Shown here: positions 51,905 through 64,000 of the stretch, piece after piece
Position numbering within the stretch: position 1 is the first letter of the stretch
How the letters are laid out: each line of letters begins with the position of its first letter
DNA from: Hemiscyllium ocellatum
Taxonomy: Eukaryota
Length of the DNA: 64,000 nucleotides
NCBI RefSeq assembly: GCF_020745735.1
Contig: NC_083427.1
Span: 2,139,438 to 2,203,437 of the forward strand
Direction of reading: 5' to 3'
Program-made: the position numbers and the translations under genes
The notes under the pieces: generated by a model
The model's database searches: none
The model's input: only the letters and a program-made list of their open reading frames with translations
What the model was told of the DNA's origin: nothing

Positions 51905-52070
51905 TCGATGGATAATAGATAGATAGATGGACAGACTGACAGACAGACAGACAGATCATGCAGTACATAGATCGGTCGATGAATCGATAGATGGATCGGT
52001 GGATGGTTTAGGTATATGGCTAGATAGATGCATAGTTAGATATGTAGGTAGGTAGATAGATACGTGTGTA
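51905..52070 (+). repeat. Compound degenerate (GATA/GACA/GATG)n microsatellite
   Basis: Read directly. Confidence 0.85.
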
Positions 52071-52799
52071 GTAAGATATGTGAACAGAGATTGGAGTGCT
52101 AAAGAGTGTTATGGAGGTATGGAATGCAGGGGAAGTTGATGTGGATGGAGAGTCTTGTAATTGGGAATAACAAGTGTCATGCATCTACCTACAGCTAATT
52201 AAAAGCTTACAGCGGGAATCAGAATCAATTAATATATCGTTATGGCTCGGTAACTCAAAATTGACCTCTCAAATTCCATTGATAGCTGGTGCATATAAAT
52301 GCCTCAAGACGTTTCAAAGCCGTAATGAGATATTAATCAATAATAAAGAGCAGAACTTGTCCGCATGACGGAAGTGTTAATGATCCAGAGTCCAACGGCA
52401 TAAATAAAATATATGGCATACTGCATTAATGGCACAAAAGATGGATTGTATCCCCAAAAAACGAAATGATTACTTTCTCCTTCACTTCTTAAATATTTTT
52501 CTCGGTGTGAGAAGAGAAATTCATTACCTCTGCATGACAATACAATTGAAATATGATTTCAAGGATGAGATGATAAGGCAACTCCTTTTACGGATCGGAG
52601 AGGCAATTCCAATTCTCTTTTGGGCAGGAGCTGGGATTACAGGTGGTTGCATGCTCTGAGTTAATGCAACATCTACAGTCCAGGAACTGTACATGGTCGT
52701 GACTCCCAATAGTTGCCTGTCAGGGTTGAACATTGCATGAAGGTATACCTGAATCTTCAGACTTTGTGCTGTTATCGAGTCATAGGGTCATTGAGGCGT

Positions 52800-53620
52800 A
52801 CTGCACGTAAACAGACCTTTTGTCCTCTGGTCCATTCCTACCAGCTATCTTAGCCTAAGCTAGTCCTGTTTGACAGCGCTTGGCGCATGTCCCTCTAAAC
52901 ACTCTCTATTCATATATATATGAATATTATATTATAATCTATATATATATAGTGCTGTAAATGTACCAGCCTCCACCACTTCCTGTGGCAGCTGATTCCA
53001 TACATGCCTTACCCACTATGTTAAACGTTGCCCTTTCGGTCCCTTTTAAATCTTTCGCGTTTAACACTAAAGCTATGCCCTCCAGTTCTTAACTTGCCCC
53101 ACCTCAAGGAAAAGACATTGGACATTTATAATAACCATGCTTTTTGCGATTTTACAAACCTCGACAAGTTTAACCCTCAGCTTCCGAATCTCCAGAGAAA
53201 ACAGCCCCAGCCTATTCAAGGTCATGCCCTCCAACCATGAAAACTTCTTTATAAATCTTTTCTGCAGCCTTTCAAGTTTCAAAAACATCCTTCCGATTTG
53301 AAGGAGACCAGAACTGCACGCACCATTCAAAACGTGGCCGAACCAATGCCCTGCACAGCTGCAAGATGACCTCATAACTTCTATATTCAATGCAACGTAG
53401 AAAAATATTATAACAAACGACTCCTCACTATTCTATCTACATGCGACTTTACCTTCAAGAAACTATGAACCTGCACTCCGATGTCTCTTGGTTCAGAAAC
53501 AGCCCCCAGGATTGTATCATTAAGGGTGCAAGTCCTGCTTTATTTGCTTTCCAAAAATGCAGCGCCTAAATTAAACACCATCTGCCATTCCTCAACCTAT
53601 TGGCATATATGATCAAGATC
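52800..53620 (-). mobile_element. CR1-like LINE 3' fragment with internal (TA)n run
   Basis: Peptide LERLQKRF....LEGMTLNRLGLFSLEIRKLRVKLVEVCKI. Confidence 0.8.
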
Positions 53621-53754
53621 CAGTTGTACTCTGATGTAATCTTCTTCACTGTCCACTATACCTCAAATGTTGGTGCTTTCTCCAGAAGGCTGTGCAGAAG
53701 TGTCATAGGTTATTCGATGAGTTCAAATGGACACCTTTTATTTGAACGAGGCAG

Positions 53755-53945
53755 AAGTGGCTACTGCAGATGCTGGAAATTAGAGTAAAGATTAGAGTTG
53801 TGCGTGAAAAGCACAGCAGGTCAGGCAGCATCCGAGGAGCAGGTAAATCGATGTTCCTTCCTGATAAAGGGCCTTTGCCTATAACGTCGATTTTCCTGCT
53901 CCTCGAATGCTGCCTGACCTGTTGTGCTTTTCCAGCCCTTCTCTA
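53755..53945. mobile_element. Fold-back Penelope-like insertion with a broken hammerhead core
   Basis: Inverted arms gaaaagcacagcaggtcaggcagcatccgaggagcagg / cctgctcctcgaatgctgcctgacctgttgtgcttttc. The core is CTGATAA...TATAACGTC. No clear TSD was found. Confidence 0.75.
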
Positions 53946-55369
53946 ACCTTGATTTACTGTTTCAAATATACTGAAGACTGAAGTATATTTGACTATGCAA
54001 CAACATACATAAATTTTCAGGGTTTTGAAAGTGAATCACAATTTCAAAAATTGAATCGAATATTCAATGCTGGATGCAGTAAACTATTTCAGGCAATGTT
54101 TGGACGCTTATGTAGACGACAGAGAAACTGAATGATGAAATAGCATCAATCATAAGGGAGAGGAAAAGACCATAAGACCAAAAGAAACAGGGGTTGAAGT
54201 AAGGCCATTCGGCTCATCGAGTCCACTCCGTCATTCAATTATGGCTGATGTGCATTTCAAAGCCAATTACCTGCACGCTCCCCATATCCCTTAATTCATT
54301 ACGAGATTAAGAATTTATCAATCTCTAGGTAGCACAGAATAATGAGCGAGGGCGGGCAAAGTATGAATGAAATTATAGGACATACGAATCAGGAGTTAAA
54401 AGTAAGTATAGGAATTTAGAAAGAAAATTCCATCGTTAAGAAAAGAATGAACACATTAAAATATCTTCCCCATATAGCACGATTGAAAGAAAGCAGTCAT
54501 ATCCATGGCACACGACTTTCCAATCGTCTCCCCCCAACCCCAACAAGAATGACCCACCCCGACCTTCAAACCTGGAAAAGGTACTTTGAAAAACGTTTTA
54601 TCTGCATCTACTTCATTCTCTTTGAAGATGAGACCGACATTTATGCTCTCCAAAAATATTTGCAAAAATATGGTGATGACTAACATTCTTAAACTGTGTA
54701 AATCCATGCATGCTGATGTACTCATAATGTAATTTGAATGGGTGTTCAATTGTTATGGAACAGAATGTACAAGCATCTACCTGAGAGAAAAAAGTATTGA
54801 AATGCAGGAGATAATGTGACAGCATTTTAAAAAGGAGGCTGACAGGTCGATAATACAAATATATTCGTCGAAGAATTGCAATTGGGTAACGTTGTTAGAA
54901 TACAGTTGCCACCATGACAAAAGAGTAGTGACAATAGAAATTAATGCTTTGCAATATATAGATTCCTTATTGGAAAAGCAACATCTGAAGTGCAAGAATG
55001 ACTCTGACTATTTCCATCTCCAACACGCTGAAGAACAAAATATTTAGAACATTCATTATTTTATTTATATCACCTTGTTGTCAGGATTTATGTCTCACTT
55101 CATCAAAGCCATCTTGGATACTGATATTGTAACAATATCTCCAATTTATTTCCAATGCAGAGCAGTATTTCGAGCTGTCTGTCTCAGCGAGAGGATTGAT
55201 GTGTTTGTGACAAAACTAAGAATGATCACAACCGATGTTCTGCCAGTGCAGGGTCAGTTTCTTTCAAAATTTATCATTAAGTTTTCCCATGTATCTCAGA
55301 GTGAGCACTTTACTGTTTCGCGAAAGAATCAAAGGCATGTTTGAGAGGGGGAACACAACAATGATCGAT

Positions 55370-55900
55370 TAAAAGGGACATAGAGATGTACTGCACGGAA
55401 AAGATCCTTCGATCTCATTGCTGCGTACCGATCAGACATCCTAACTCAATCTAGCCTTATTTGCCAGCAGTTGTCGCATATCCGCCCAAAAATGTTCTGT
55501 TTGGATAGCCCATCCAGTTGCGTTTTAAATGCTGCAATTGGACCAGTTTCCACCACTTCCTCTGGCAGTTCCATTCCAAACACGCATGCTCTTTGCGAAA
55601 AAAGGTGCTGCTTCGATCCCTTTCAAATTTTTCCTCGTCATCCTAAACCTAATCCGGACAGTTGTGGACTCTCCTATTCCAATGTTTGTGTTTGCCTTAT
55701 CCATGTCCCACATGATTTTCGAAACCTCTATATCGTCACCACCACCCCCACCCCAGCATCCAAGGCTTTAGGGAAAACAGACTCAACCTATTCACCCTCT
55801 CCCTACAGCTCTTCAAACATGACAGCATCATTGTAAATCTTTTCTGAAGCTTGTCAAATTTCACAACATTTTTCCTATAGGAGGAAGCCCCAAAAGCATA
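55370..55900 (-). mobile_element. CR1-like LINE 3' fragment
   Basis: Peptides SYRKNVVKFDKLQKRFTMML...RVNRLSLFSL and RMTRKNLKGIE..FF.KSMRVWN. Confidence 0.8.
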
Positions 55901-55958
55901 CAGGCCCTGCCAGGAAATAAATCGTTCTAGAAATAGAACACTTGACAATTCTATTAAC

Positions 55959-56750
55959 AGAGGCTTTGAAATCTTGGTAAGAACTCAAAGCATCTTCCTG
56001 CCTTCTTTCCTTACTGTTGTGGATCGTCTTGGTATGACTATGAACTCATTGTACTATATCTTATAATGAAAATGACGAAATGACGCCATCAATTTTTGCC
56101 TCCTTCTTGATTTAAATATCGCTATCATTTTGGGTATACAGGCTTCGATTCAGTCCTTTATTTGATTTATCCCGCAATGGGAGACGTGGAACCGCTCTTT
56201 CATGCTATACTCTCTGAGGTTTCATCGATATTTCGTTAACTCAACAGTTATGATCTGTATTGCCATTGACCAATATATTGCTGTTGTCCATCCAGTAAGG
56301 ATTTGATTCTGTAGAAAGCATTGATACTATATCATCCTGTCTAAGATAATGATTCTGGCAGTATTCACTGTAAATCTGGTTGCATTTGCTGAATTGAAAG
56401 CAGACATAGGTATAGACAATTCATTCAACTGTAATCCATTAGTGTTTCGATAATAAGAAGTCTTGAAGTTGTTTTGTGAAATTATGTTTTTCGCTATCCC
56501 TAACCTGATCCTGTTGATTTGGAGCACGCAGTCATAATTCGTAGCATTGTGCAAAAACAAATGAAAGTGTATCTCACAGCTAGAACAGATCATTGCTCTA
56601 AAGGTAGACTTCTGGGATGTAATAAGTAACAAAACAAAAGAGCAGAAAGGCCAAGTCTCCACCTGTGGTCTTCATCATATTCCTCTTGATCAGCTCCATG
56701 GATTCCTTTCCAGCTCCAATTCTTAATACTTGTTTTTTTTTCGTGGCCTG
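55959..56750 (+). pseudogene. Decayed class A (rhodopsin-like) GPCR, TM1-TM6, chemokine/P2Y-like
   Basis: One frame gives QSIFLPSFLTVVDRLGMTMNSL (TM1), MICIAIDQYIAVVHP (DRY region), FNCNP (ECL2 Cys) and FFAIPNLILLI (TM5 Pro). After a frameshift comes RKAKSPPVVFIIFLLIS (TM6-like). There are about ten in-frame stops, and a CR1 insertion truncates it at ~56765. Confidence 0.7.
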
Positions 56751-56764
56751 TGATGAGTGGAAAG

Positions 56765-57100
56765 TATCGGATTCGTGCTGGGTTAATTGCTGTTTATTAT
56801 TTATGTTAATGCTATGAATGAGAATGTAAAAGGCATGATTAACAAGTTTCCAGACAAAACTAAATAGGAGATATCGTAAACAGTGCAAAAGTGTCTCAGA
56901 AATTTCAGTAAGACCTTCATCAGCTGTGGAAGTGGCATATACATTTTAATGCAAATAAGTGTGATGTCCTGTCTTTGGAAAAGCCAAATGAAGGTAGGGG
57001 TTTCATAGTGACTTTTAGGGCCTGAAACAGAGTAGAGGAATAGAGAGATTTGAAATTCATGTGTACGGCTCTCTGAAATGTAGTCACAGGTAGACTTGGC
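56765..57100 (+). mobile_element. CR1-like LINE RT fragment
   Basis: gaatgtaaaaggcatgattaacaagtttccagacaaaactaaatagg...aagtgtgatgtcctgtctttggaaagccaaatgaaggtagg. Confidence 0.7.
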
Positions 57101-57149
57101 AGAGAACAAAGAAGAAAGACCAAAGAACAAAGCAAATTTACATTCCAGG

Positions 57150-57930
57150 AATTTGCCCTTCGGCTGTCCAAGCCTGTGCACCTTCCATAACAGACAACAT
57201 CCACTGAAACCTTCTCTGCACCCTCTCTAAAGCGTCCACAACATTTTGGCAAAGTGGCCGCCAGAACTGTACAGAGTATTCCAAATGCGGCCGTGCCAAG
57301 GTCATATACAATATTAACATGACCTGGCATCTCTTACACTCAATATCACGTCCGATGAAGGCATGTATAGTTTATGAGTTCTTGACCACTCTATCCAACT
57401 GAGCAGCCACCTTCAGGGTACAATGGACCTGAAATCGCAGATATCTCTGCTCATCAACTATCCACAAGACTCTTCCGCTCCGGAATTATTCCTTCCAAAA
57501 TGCATCAATGCTCATTTGCCCGGATTGAACTCCATCTGCCATTTCTGCGCCCAACTCTTCAGTCTATCTCTATTCTCCTGTATTCCTGGACACTCCCAAT
57601 TCGTTCTTCTGCCCTACCAACCTTCGCATCATATGCAAACTTACTGAGGAGAACAACAATGCTCTCTTCCAGATCATTGATGTATATCACTAACAACAGT
57701 GGCCCAAGCACTGATTACTGTGGAACAACACTGGTCACCTGTCTCACTTTCGAGAAATCCCCTTCAACTACTACTCTTTGTTTCCAGTTGCTCGACCAGT
57801 TCTTTACCCAGTTAACAAGAACGCCCTGCATAGCATGCAACTTCATTTTCTCCATTTGTTTACTATGGGGATCCTTATCAAATGCCTTATTCAAGTCCAC
57901 GGCATCTACAAACCTTCCTTCCATCTATAA
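57150..57930 (-). mobile_element. CR1-like LINE RT fragment
   Basis: Peptides DAVDLNKAFDKDPH.K...VNWVKNWSSNWKQRVVVEG..S....VTSVVPQ and LYMTLARPHLEYSVQFWRP. Confidence 0.85.
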
Positions 57931-59639
57931 ACTTGCTTAAAATATTTCTCCTTCATGTTAAGGATATTGTCCCAGGAGTTTTGTTTGTGTTCTCATTTTG
58001 TAACATACTACTGAAAGAAGCATAATACCAGGAAACACTTTTAGAATGATCATTTTATTACGGTGCAACGATGGTTAAGATCTGGAAAAGCAATGGTGGA
58101 ATTAGTTGTGACTGTTCAATCAAGAAAGATTTAATGTGTTTCAAGCTCCCTGCCCACGTCACTCTGCAACCGATACCATTGACGCACAATATCCAGACAG
58201 GCTGTTATCAATTGCAAAGCAACGCCATGACAGCCCTGTCTTCCGAAAGGACTACATAATTCAGAATTTAATGTCACAGAGCTCTTTTCTGTTCATATCC
58301 TTGTATCTTTCCTGACAAAATGACAATGTCTCCTTTCATTAGCCTTCGTCAATTGAAACTAACTCAAATGTGAAGAGTTCCGTCTCTCCTGTATCGCCAT
58401 ATATAATTCCGCTCTTCAATTTATCTTGCATCAAACCCAACATTGAACACAAACATTGACGTGAGAAGCCTTTGAGCCTGTATCATTCTCAGATAATTTG
58501 TCCCCCCTTTCTCGTTGCACTGTGACATTAAAGCAATAGAGTATACCAACAACATCGCACTCCATTGCAGAGTTTCACTTCGATTCTACCATTCTTTTTC
58601 CAACAGGCCTGAATCATCATTGTACTAAATACAGATCCTCACTCTGTCCTATAACTCTACAGGGTTGTTAACCTTTATTTGGCAATATAAGTAGTTTCTG
58701 CTCTCACAACATAGCTGTGTTTTCATCTTAGCTTCGTCCCTCATCTGTCTGCTTACTTTCAACAAAGATGGACCAAAACACAATTGGATCCAAAATACAA
58801 TGCTGCCTCACATTCCCTTAAGGAATATAAATACCAGTCATTGGTGTTTTGCGTGAAAGCTGACGATGAAAATGTTAACAAGGAAAACGATATATAACCT
58901 TGCCACTTTGGCATGCGGAATAGTGAAAAGAACAAAATGGAAATCGCAGTTAAAGCACACAAAATGTGGTCGATATAAAACATAACATAAAAATATGAAG
59001 AACCAAACAATCAACAGGTCTCAGTAGTAGAAAGAAAACAGAAATTTGTTCCCAGGTTGGCGCTACTGTACATCTTGGAAAGATAATGAAACTGGGCCTC
59101 GATTATCTGTTGTGAAACTGGAAATTCTGAATGAGAGGTGATCTGTTTGAACCTTACAAAATATTTAAAGCAGGGTCAGTGCAGGTGATGTGTTCTCTCT
59201 CACCAACCCCACCCCCAGTGGTGGAGTTTCGAATCTGACACATGGGACAAAATGAGACGAATCATTTTCTTCCTTCAATGCGCACGAACCTTTGGAAATT
59301 AATACTACGGTTGGAAAAGGAATTTCAGGTTTTTGGAGTATTTAAATTAAGCAGTAACGGATTTCTGATTGCCAATGATGTCACACGTTGTTGGAACACT
59401 GTGGCTTTGAGCATTCAATCAGGCACGATATTTAAATAGCAGAGAAGGTTTTGTGGGCTATCGATTCCAACATAGCGAATACTTTTTCTAAAATGGAAGG
59501 ATTTTCGGTAAGTAATATTTGTCCTCACATAATACATGCATGAACGCCTGGCACTGCCTGCTCTGGTGTACCTTAATCAATGGATTGGTAGAACCATTTG
59601 TAGTTACAACCAGTCGATCCATTTAGTTTGTATTTGCTC

Positions 59640-60050
59640 TCTGCTTTATCTGCCCAGTGAAACGCAGACGACATTGTCAACAGGTGAAAACAGTTGCCTG
59701 GTTCCCGTGAAGTAAAGTTAATTCACTCGTTCCCTTGGAAGGTTTGCCTGGAGCCTTGGATATTAAGGAGCATGGAGATATATTAGTAAATGTTGCACCT
59801 TCTGCGATTGCAGAGGACGATGCCATGCCTATTGTAGGATATCTTGGTTGGAAGATGTCCAAGAGTGAACGTTTTGTACAAAGAAGTGGGTGGGAATATG
59901 TGAGCACTGGGTAGCATCCAGTTGGAGGTAATGGAAATGATGAATTCTAATGATTCCAAAGAAGTTGCCAGCTGTGGAATGTAGGAACGAATGGAATGTT
60001 ATTTTTGCTGTGGGAGGGATGAAGAGGTGTGAAGAATCAGCTATTAACAC
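59640..60050 (-). mobile_element. Penelope-like fragment (linker region)
   Basis: The minus strand cattccattcgttcctacattccacagc...catttccattacctccaactggatgc resembles shark PLE linker sequence from memory. Confidence 0.45.
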
Positions 60051-61899
60051 CTGAGCTCTATCAGTAGTTGTGCCTTAGCTACAACTATTATCATTTCCTT
60101 TGCCCTTTGTTTATGTCACCTTCGAGCTCTAAATTCATGCACGCAATAACATTTCATTTAGCTTCTATTTTGTTCTGAATGCGCATCACCATTTTTGCAT
60201 GAACGCCATCACGTTTCCACCTTATATTCGAAACATTAAAGTATTTTCTACCACAGTTAGAGCACACCTATTGAGCTTGTGCAGCACTTTCTGTTTCTTT
60301 AGATGAACATAGCTTTTTTCTGTTCTTTTAGCCAATTCAATGACAATTCTGGCGCTATCCTTTTCCTTTCATATATTTGAATCCCGAATTGCTTGTCAAT
60401 GTAATTCGTCACACATTCTGGAATATCCAGAAAATGCTCTGAAATTGCAGAATAACGTCTAATCTCAGCAACAGTATTTCCAGTTTCACAAACACTGTCT
60501 GGTTGGATACATCTCCTTGCTCCATTATAAACAGCTGGAGCGACATCTGAATGTATGAGGAATTGCGATGAAAAATAATTTAGGATCAACTAGGTTCGCA
60601 GTCTGCTACACATGAGCGTGCTGTAAACCTGAATAATAACAGACAGAAGGCAATTTTTTGCGGACAGAAAGGTCACCTGATGAACTGAATGCGTTTTAAT
60701 TCGACAAAATTGACAGCCGTTTGCTCGTTCATTGTTGAGGGCAATGGTCTCAATGATCCGTGTCAACTGGTCTGGTTTGAAAATTAGCAAAGGCTTTTCT
60801 TTAATTGTCAATCGGTATCAAAGTGTGTCTTCATTGCATCCACCAACCAAAACTTGCCAAAAAAACAGTATTCGCCCTTCACTCATTACAAGTGTTCACT
60901 TTCCCCTTCAACGTGAATTGCAAAATTTCCTGATGCCGTTCAATAACATTTATCTGTGTTTCTGCAGATGTCTGATTCTGTCATGTCATATTCTTATTTT
61001 GAAGTTAGTGGAACATTTGAAGATTGGCACTTCTTTTCTTCATTCACTTCCGTTCTCGACTGCATTCGGCGTAATATTTTCTGCATTACTTTCTTTTTCT
61101 ATTTCACTTTGCCATTCTTTTTGCCTTCTGCTGATTGCCAGATTTGTTGCCATCCCTTTCCTAGGTCTTTTGTTGAGCTGATAAAATATCCTCTTTGAAG
61201 GACTTCCATATTGCACATACTGTTTTGCCTACAAATGATTCATCCCAATTCTCTCAGATAAGACTTGTTTTCAATTCACTCATGTTGTATTAGGTGGCTT
61301 AGGGCTCGAGCTGTAAGTGTAAATTATTTATAGCACTTTAACATCAGATGATATTATCATGAGGTTTCCTAAATTCTCGTCAGCTTCAGCATGTTCCACA
61401 GAATTCCATAGAGATAAATTCAACATGATCTCCTGCATGATTCATCTGAAATACCTTCAATAAAGTAAAGGTGGAACAGGAAATAGGGGCAGGATGCATC
61501 ATTCAACCCCTCAAACATTCTCCACTATTAAATACACCAATCCCTGATCTGGTATTTCAACACCGACATTTTGCATCCTTCACATATTTCTTTGTTCTCA
61601 CAGAGCCGAAAATATGTTGACTTCCGTTTTGAATGTATTCAGTGGCAGAGTATCAGAGTTATCACGTGAGAGGAAGTCCAATGTTCCCAATCAATTGTTT
61701 GAAGGCGTGTCATAGTTTTGTCTAAATTACAGTCATAGTGTTGTACATCGGGAAACAAACACTTCAGCCCAAATCTATTCCATGCAGAAATGGTAAATTG
61801 ATCTAGACTACGTTTTCAACATTTGGACCATATTCTTCTTCACCCTTATTACTCATACAACAATCGAGACACTTTTTAAATGAGGTAACTGTACCAGTC

Positions 61900-62800
61900 T
61901 CCACAACTTCATCTGGCAGCTAATTTCATATTTACACCACACTCTGTGTGAAAAAAGGCTGGGCCTAACGTACCTATTCAATCTTTCCACTCTCACCTTT
62001 AACCAATTTTGGCCTCCTCCACCCTAAGAAAAAATACCTTGTCCATTTAACATATAAGTGCACATCCTGATTTTAGAAACCTCGATAAGGTCACCCATAT
62101 GGTGTCGACGTCAGAGGGAAACCAATCCTACACTATTCACCCTTTCCCTGGAGCTCTAAACTTTCAATCCCAGCAACATGCATATCAATGTTTGCAGCAT
62201 TCTTTTAAAGTTAGCAATTTTTTTCCAAAAGCAGGGAGACAAGCATTGAACTCGTTATCCGAAAGTGTCAAAACCAATGTCCTGTACAGCTGTATCATGA
62301 CATCCCAAAGCCATAAATCAATGCACTGGCCAATAAAGGCAAGCCAAACAAACGCATTCTTCACTACCCTGTTAACCTGTAACTCAACCTACTAGCAAGT
62401 ATGAAACTGAACTCCGGGATCTCCCGAGGACTTCACCATTACATACATACGTCCAGCCCTGACTTGCCTTTCCAAACTGTTTGAAGTTATATTTATTTAA
62501 ATTAATTCCATCCTGCATCGTGGCCCAGTGGCCCATCTGATCAAGGTCGCATTATGCTGTGAAATAACCTACTTCACTCTCCACGACATCAGCATTTTTG
62601 GTGCAATCTGTAAACTTAATAAGCAATTCTGCTATATGCACACACAAAACATTTATTTCGATGACAGAAAATACTGGACTCTGCATGAACCATTGCGACA
62701 CACCACGTGTTGCAGGTCTTAGTCCATAAAGAAATCTTCAACATTACGGTCTTTCCCCTACCCAGGAGCCAGTTTTGTATTCAACAGCTATCTTTACCTG
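61900..62800 (-). mobile_element. CR1-like LINE 3' fragment
   Basis: Antisense CR1 patches (accaatgtcctgtacagctgtatcatgacatccc, gcattcttcactaccctgttaacctg, tgacttgcctttcc). Confidence 0.7.
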
Positions 62801-62869
62801 TATTCCACGTGTTTTAACATTTTTAACCAAAACTACTATACAGAAGCATGCAGAACGCCTTGTTGCAGG

Positions 62870-64000
62870 CCATTTGCTAGAACTGCTCGGGGGGATTTAA
62901 ACAGACAAGGTTTGAATGTGGCAGAGCGATAGTGAGGAAAGAAATAAATCTGAAACAGGTTCAGCGAGGAAAAGGAACAGGTCAAACAGTCACAGCAGGC
63001 ATGAACAAGCAGAGAATGAGGTAAGACTGGTTAATAAACCGAATTCACTTGAATGCAAGAAGCCTAATTGGTAAGGCAGATGAACTTATAGCATGACTGG
63101 GAACAGGAGACTGAGATATAGCGGTTACAGAGATGGACAGGACTGGCAGCTTAATATTCCATAGTACATCTGCTCTCAAAATGATTTTAAGATGGGCAAG
63201 AGAGACGAGGAGTTGAGTTTTTTGATTAAGGATAACATTTAGGCAGTGCTTTGGGAAGATATTCCCCGGAAAATATGCAGAGATATTTCAAGGAAAATCT
63301 GAGAAATAAGGAAGGGGTGATCGTCTTGTTCGGACTGTACAACAGATATTTCAACATTCATCAAGAAATTAGAGAAACAAATTTGAAGGTGATCTCAGTT
63401 TTCTGTAAGAATAACAAAGTGGTTATGGTAGTGGATATTGACTTTCCAGATTGGATTAGGACAGCCATCGTGTTAAGGGCGTGGATACTTAGAATTTAGT
63501 GAAGTGCATTCACGAAAATACTCATATTCAGAATGTGGATGTAGGTACTAGAGAAGATGCAAAACTTGACTAAAGACTTTTAAATAATTCAATGCAGGTG
63601 ACCGAGGTGTCAGTGGAGCAGTATTTTGGGAAGAGCGACCATCATTCGCTTACTATTAAAATCGTGATGGAGAAGGACAGATGAGATCTAAATGTTAATT
63701 TTCTAAATTGTAGGAAGGCCAATTTTAATGGTGTTTGTCAAGAAGAGTCAAAAGTTGAATGATGTGGATATTCACAGATAAAGGAATGACTGGAGAATTA
63801 GAAGCCTTCCAAAATGGGAGTCCAGACACAGTGTGCTCCTGTTAGTGTGAAGTGAAAGACTGATATGTGCAGGGAATACTGGACGACGAGGGAAATTGTG
63901 GTTTTGTTCGAGAAACAGAAGAATACATATTTCAGGTATGGACAACATGGACCGAGTTAATTCCTCGAAGAGTATAAAGACCATCGGAGTATACTTAAGA
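62870..64000 (+). mobile_element. CR1-like LINE 5' ORF2 (APE endonuclease) fragment running off the window
   Basis: NARSLIGKADELIA*LGTGD.DIAVTE..., ..DIDFPD, ...DHHSL: endonuclease motifs with stops. Confidence 0.75.

Noticed and set aside
368-53945. Dispersed palindromic repeats read as a CRISPR array or DNA-transposon MITEs
   Set aside because: The context is eukaryotic, the repeats are dispersed with no spacers, and their variable TSDs and asymmetric arms fit retroelement-derived inserts.
54450-55344. Stop-poor plus frames with TM-like segments that might be a second GPCR relic
   Set aside because: Motif spacing is off and the would-be TM3 is strongly hydrophilic. The resemblance is not supportable.
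60299-61181. Two adjacent same-frame minus ORFs (171 codons with one stop) and an overlapping 149-aa plus ORF
   Set aside because: I recognise no motif or family, and roughly one such stretch is expected by chance over six frames. A tblastn/HMM search would be needed to revive it.
18862-64000. A following Ig cluster (leader, V, D, J, RSS) or a switch-like tandem repeat
   Set aside because: I found no heptamer-spacer-nonamer pair, no V-domain translation and no tandem switch repeats by eye, although highly decayed segments could have been missed.

Overview
Eukaryotic, AT-rich cartilaginous-fish (shark) genomic DNA. The repeat families suggest a bamboo/carpet shark, which is an inference. Bases 1-19 kb hold the 3' part of an IgNAR heavy-chain gene on the + strand: exons C2, C3, C4, C5 with its contiguous secretory tailpiece, and two membrane exons (TM1 14859-15016, TM2 from 18853) that the ORF track misses. 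All of these exons have open frames and GT-AG boundaries. V, D, J and C1 lie upstream, outside the window. The remaining ~45 kb is retroelement-rich (CR1-, L2- and Rex1-like LINE fragments, HE1-type SINEs, a Gypsy remnant, Penelope-like elements), and I found no second Ig V-D-J cluster there. The most unusual structure is a family of short fold-back (palindromic) Penelope-derived insertions, six of them flanked by 10-17 bp target-site duplications. Several carry minimal hammerhead-ribozyme cores, including a ~660 bp spacer-less palindrome with one core on each strand. A decayed class A GPCR (55959-56750) and a possible relic Ig TM exon (~31.0 kb) are also present. Exon, TSD and ribozyme coordinates were read base by base. 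LINE, SINE and LTR boundaries are approximate, and their family names come from recalled motifs rather than database searches.
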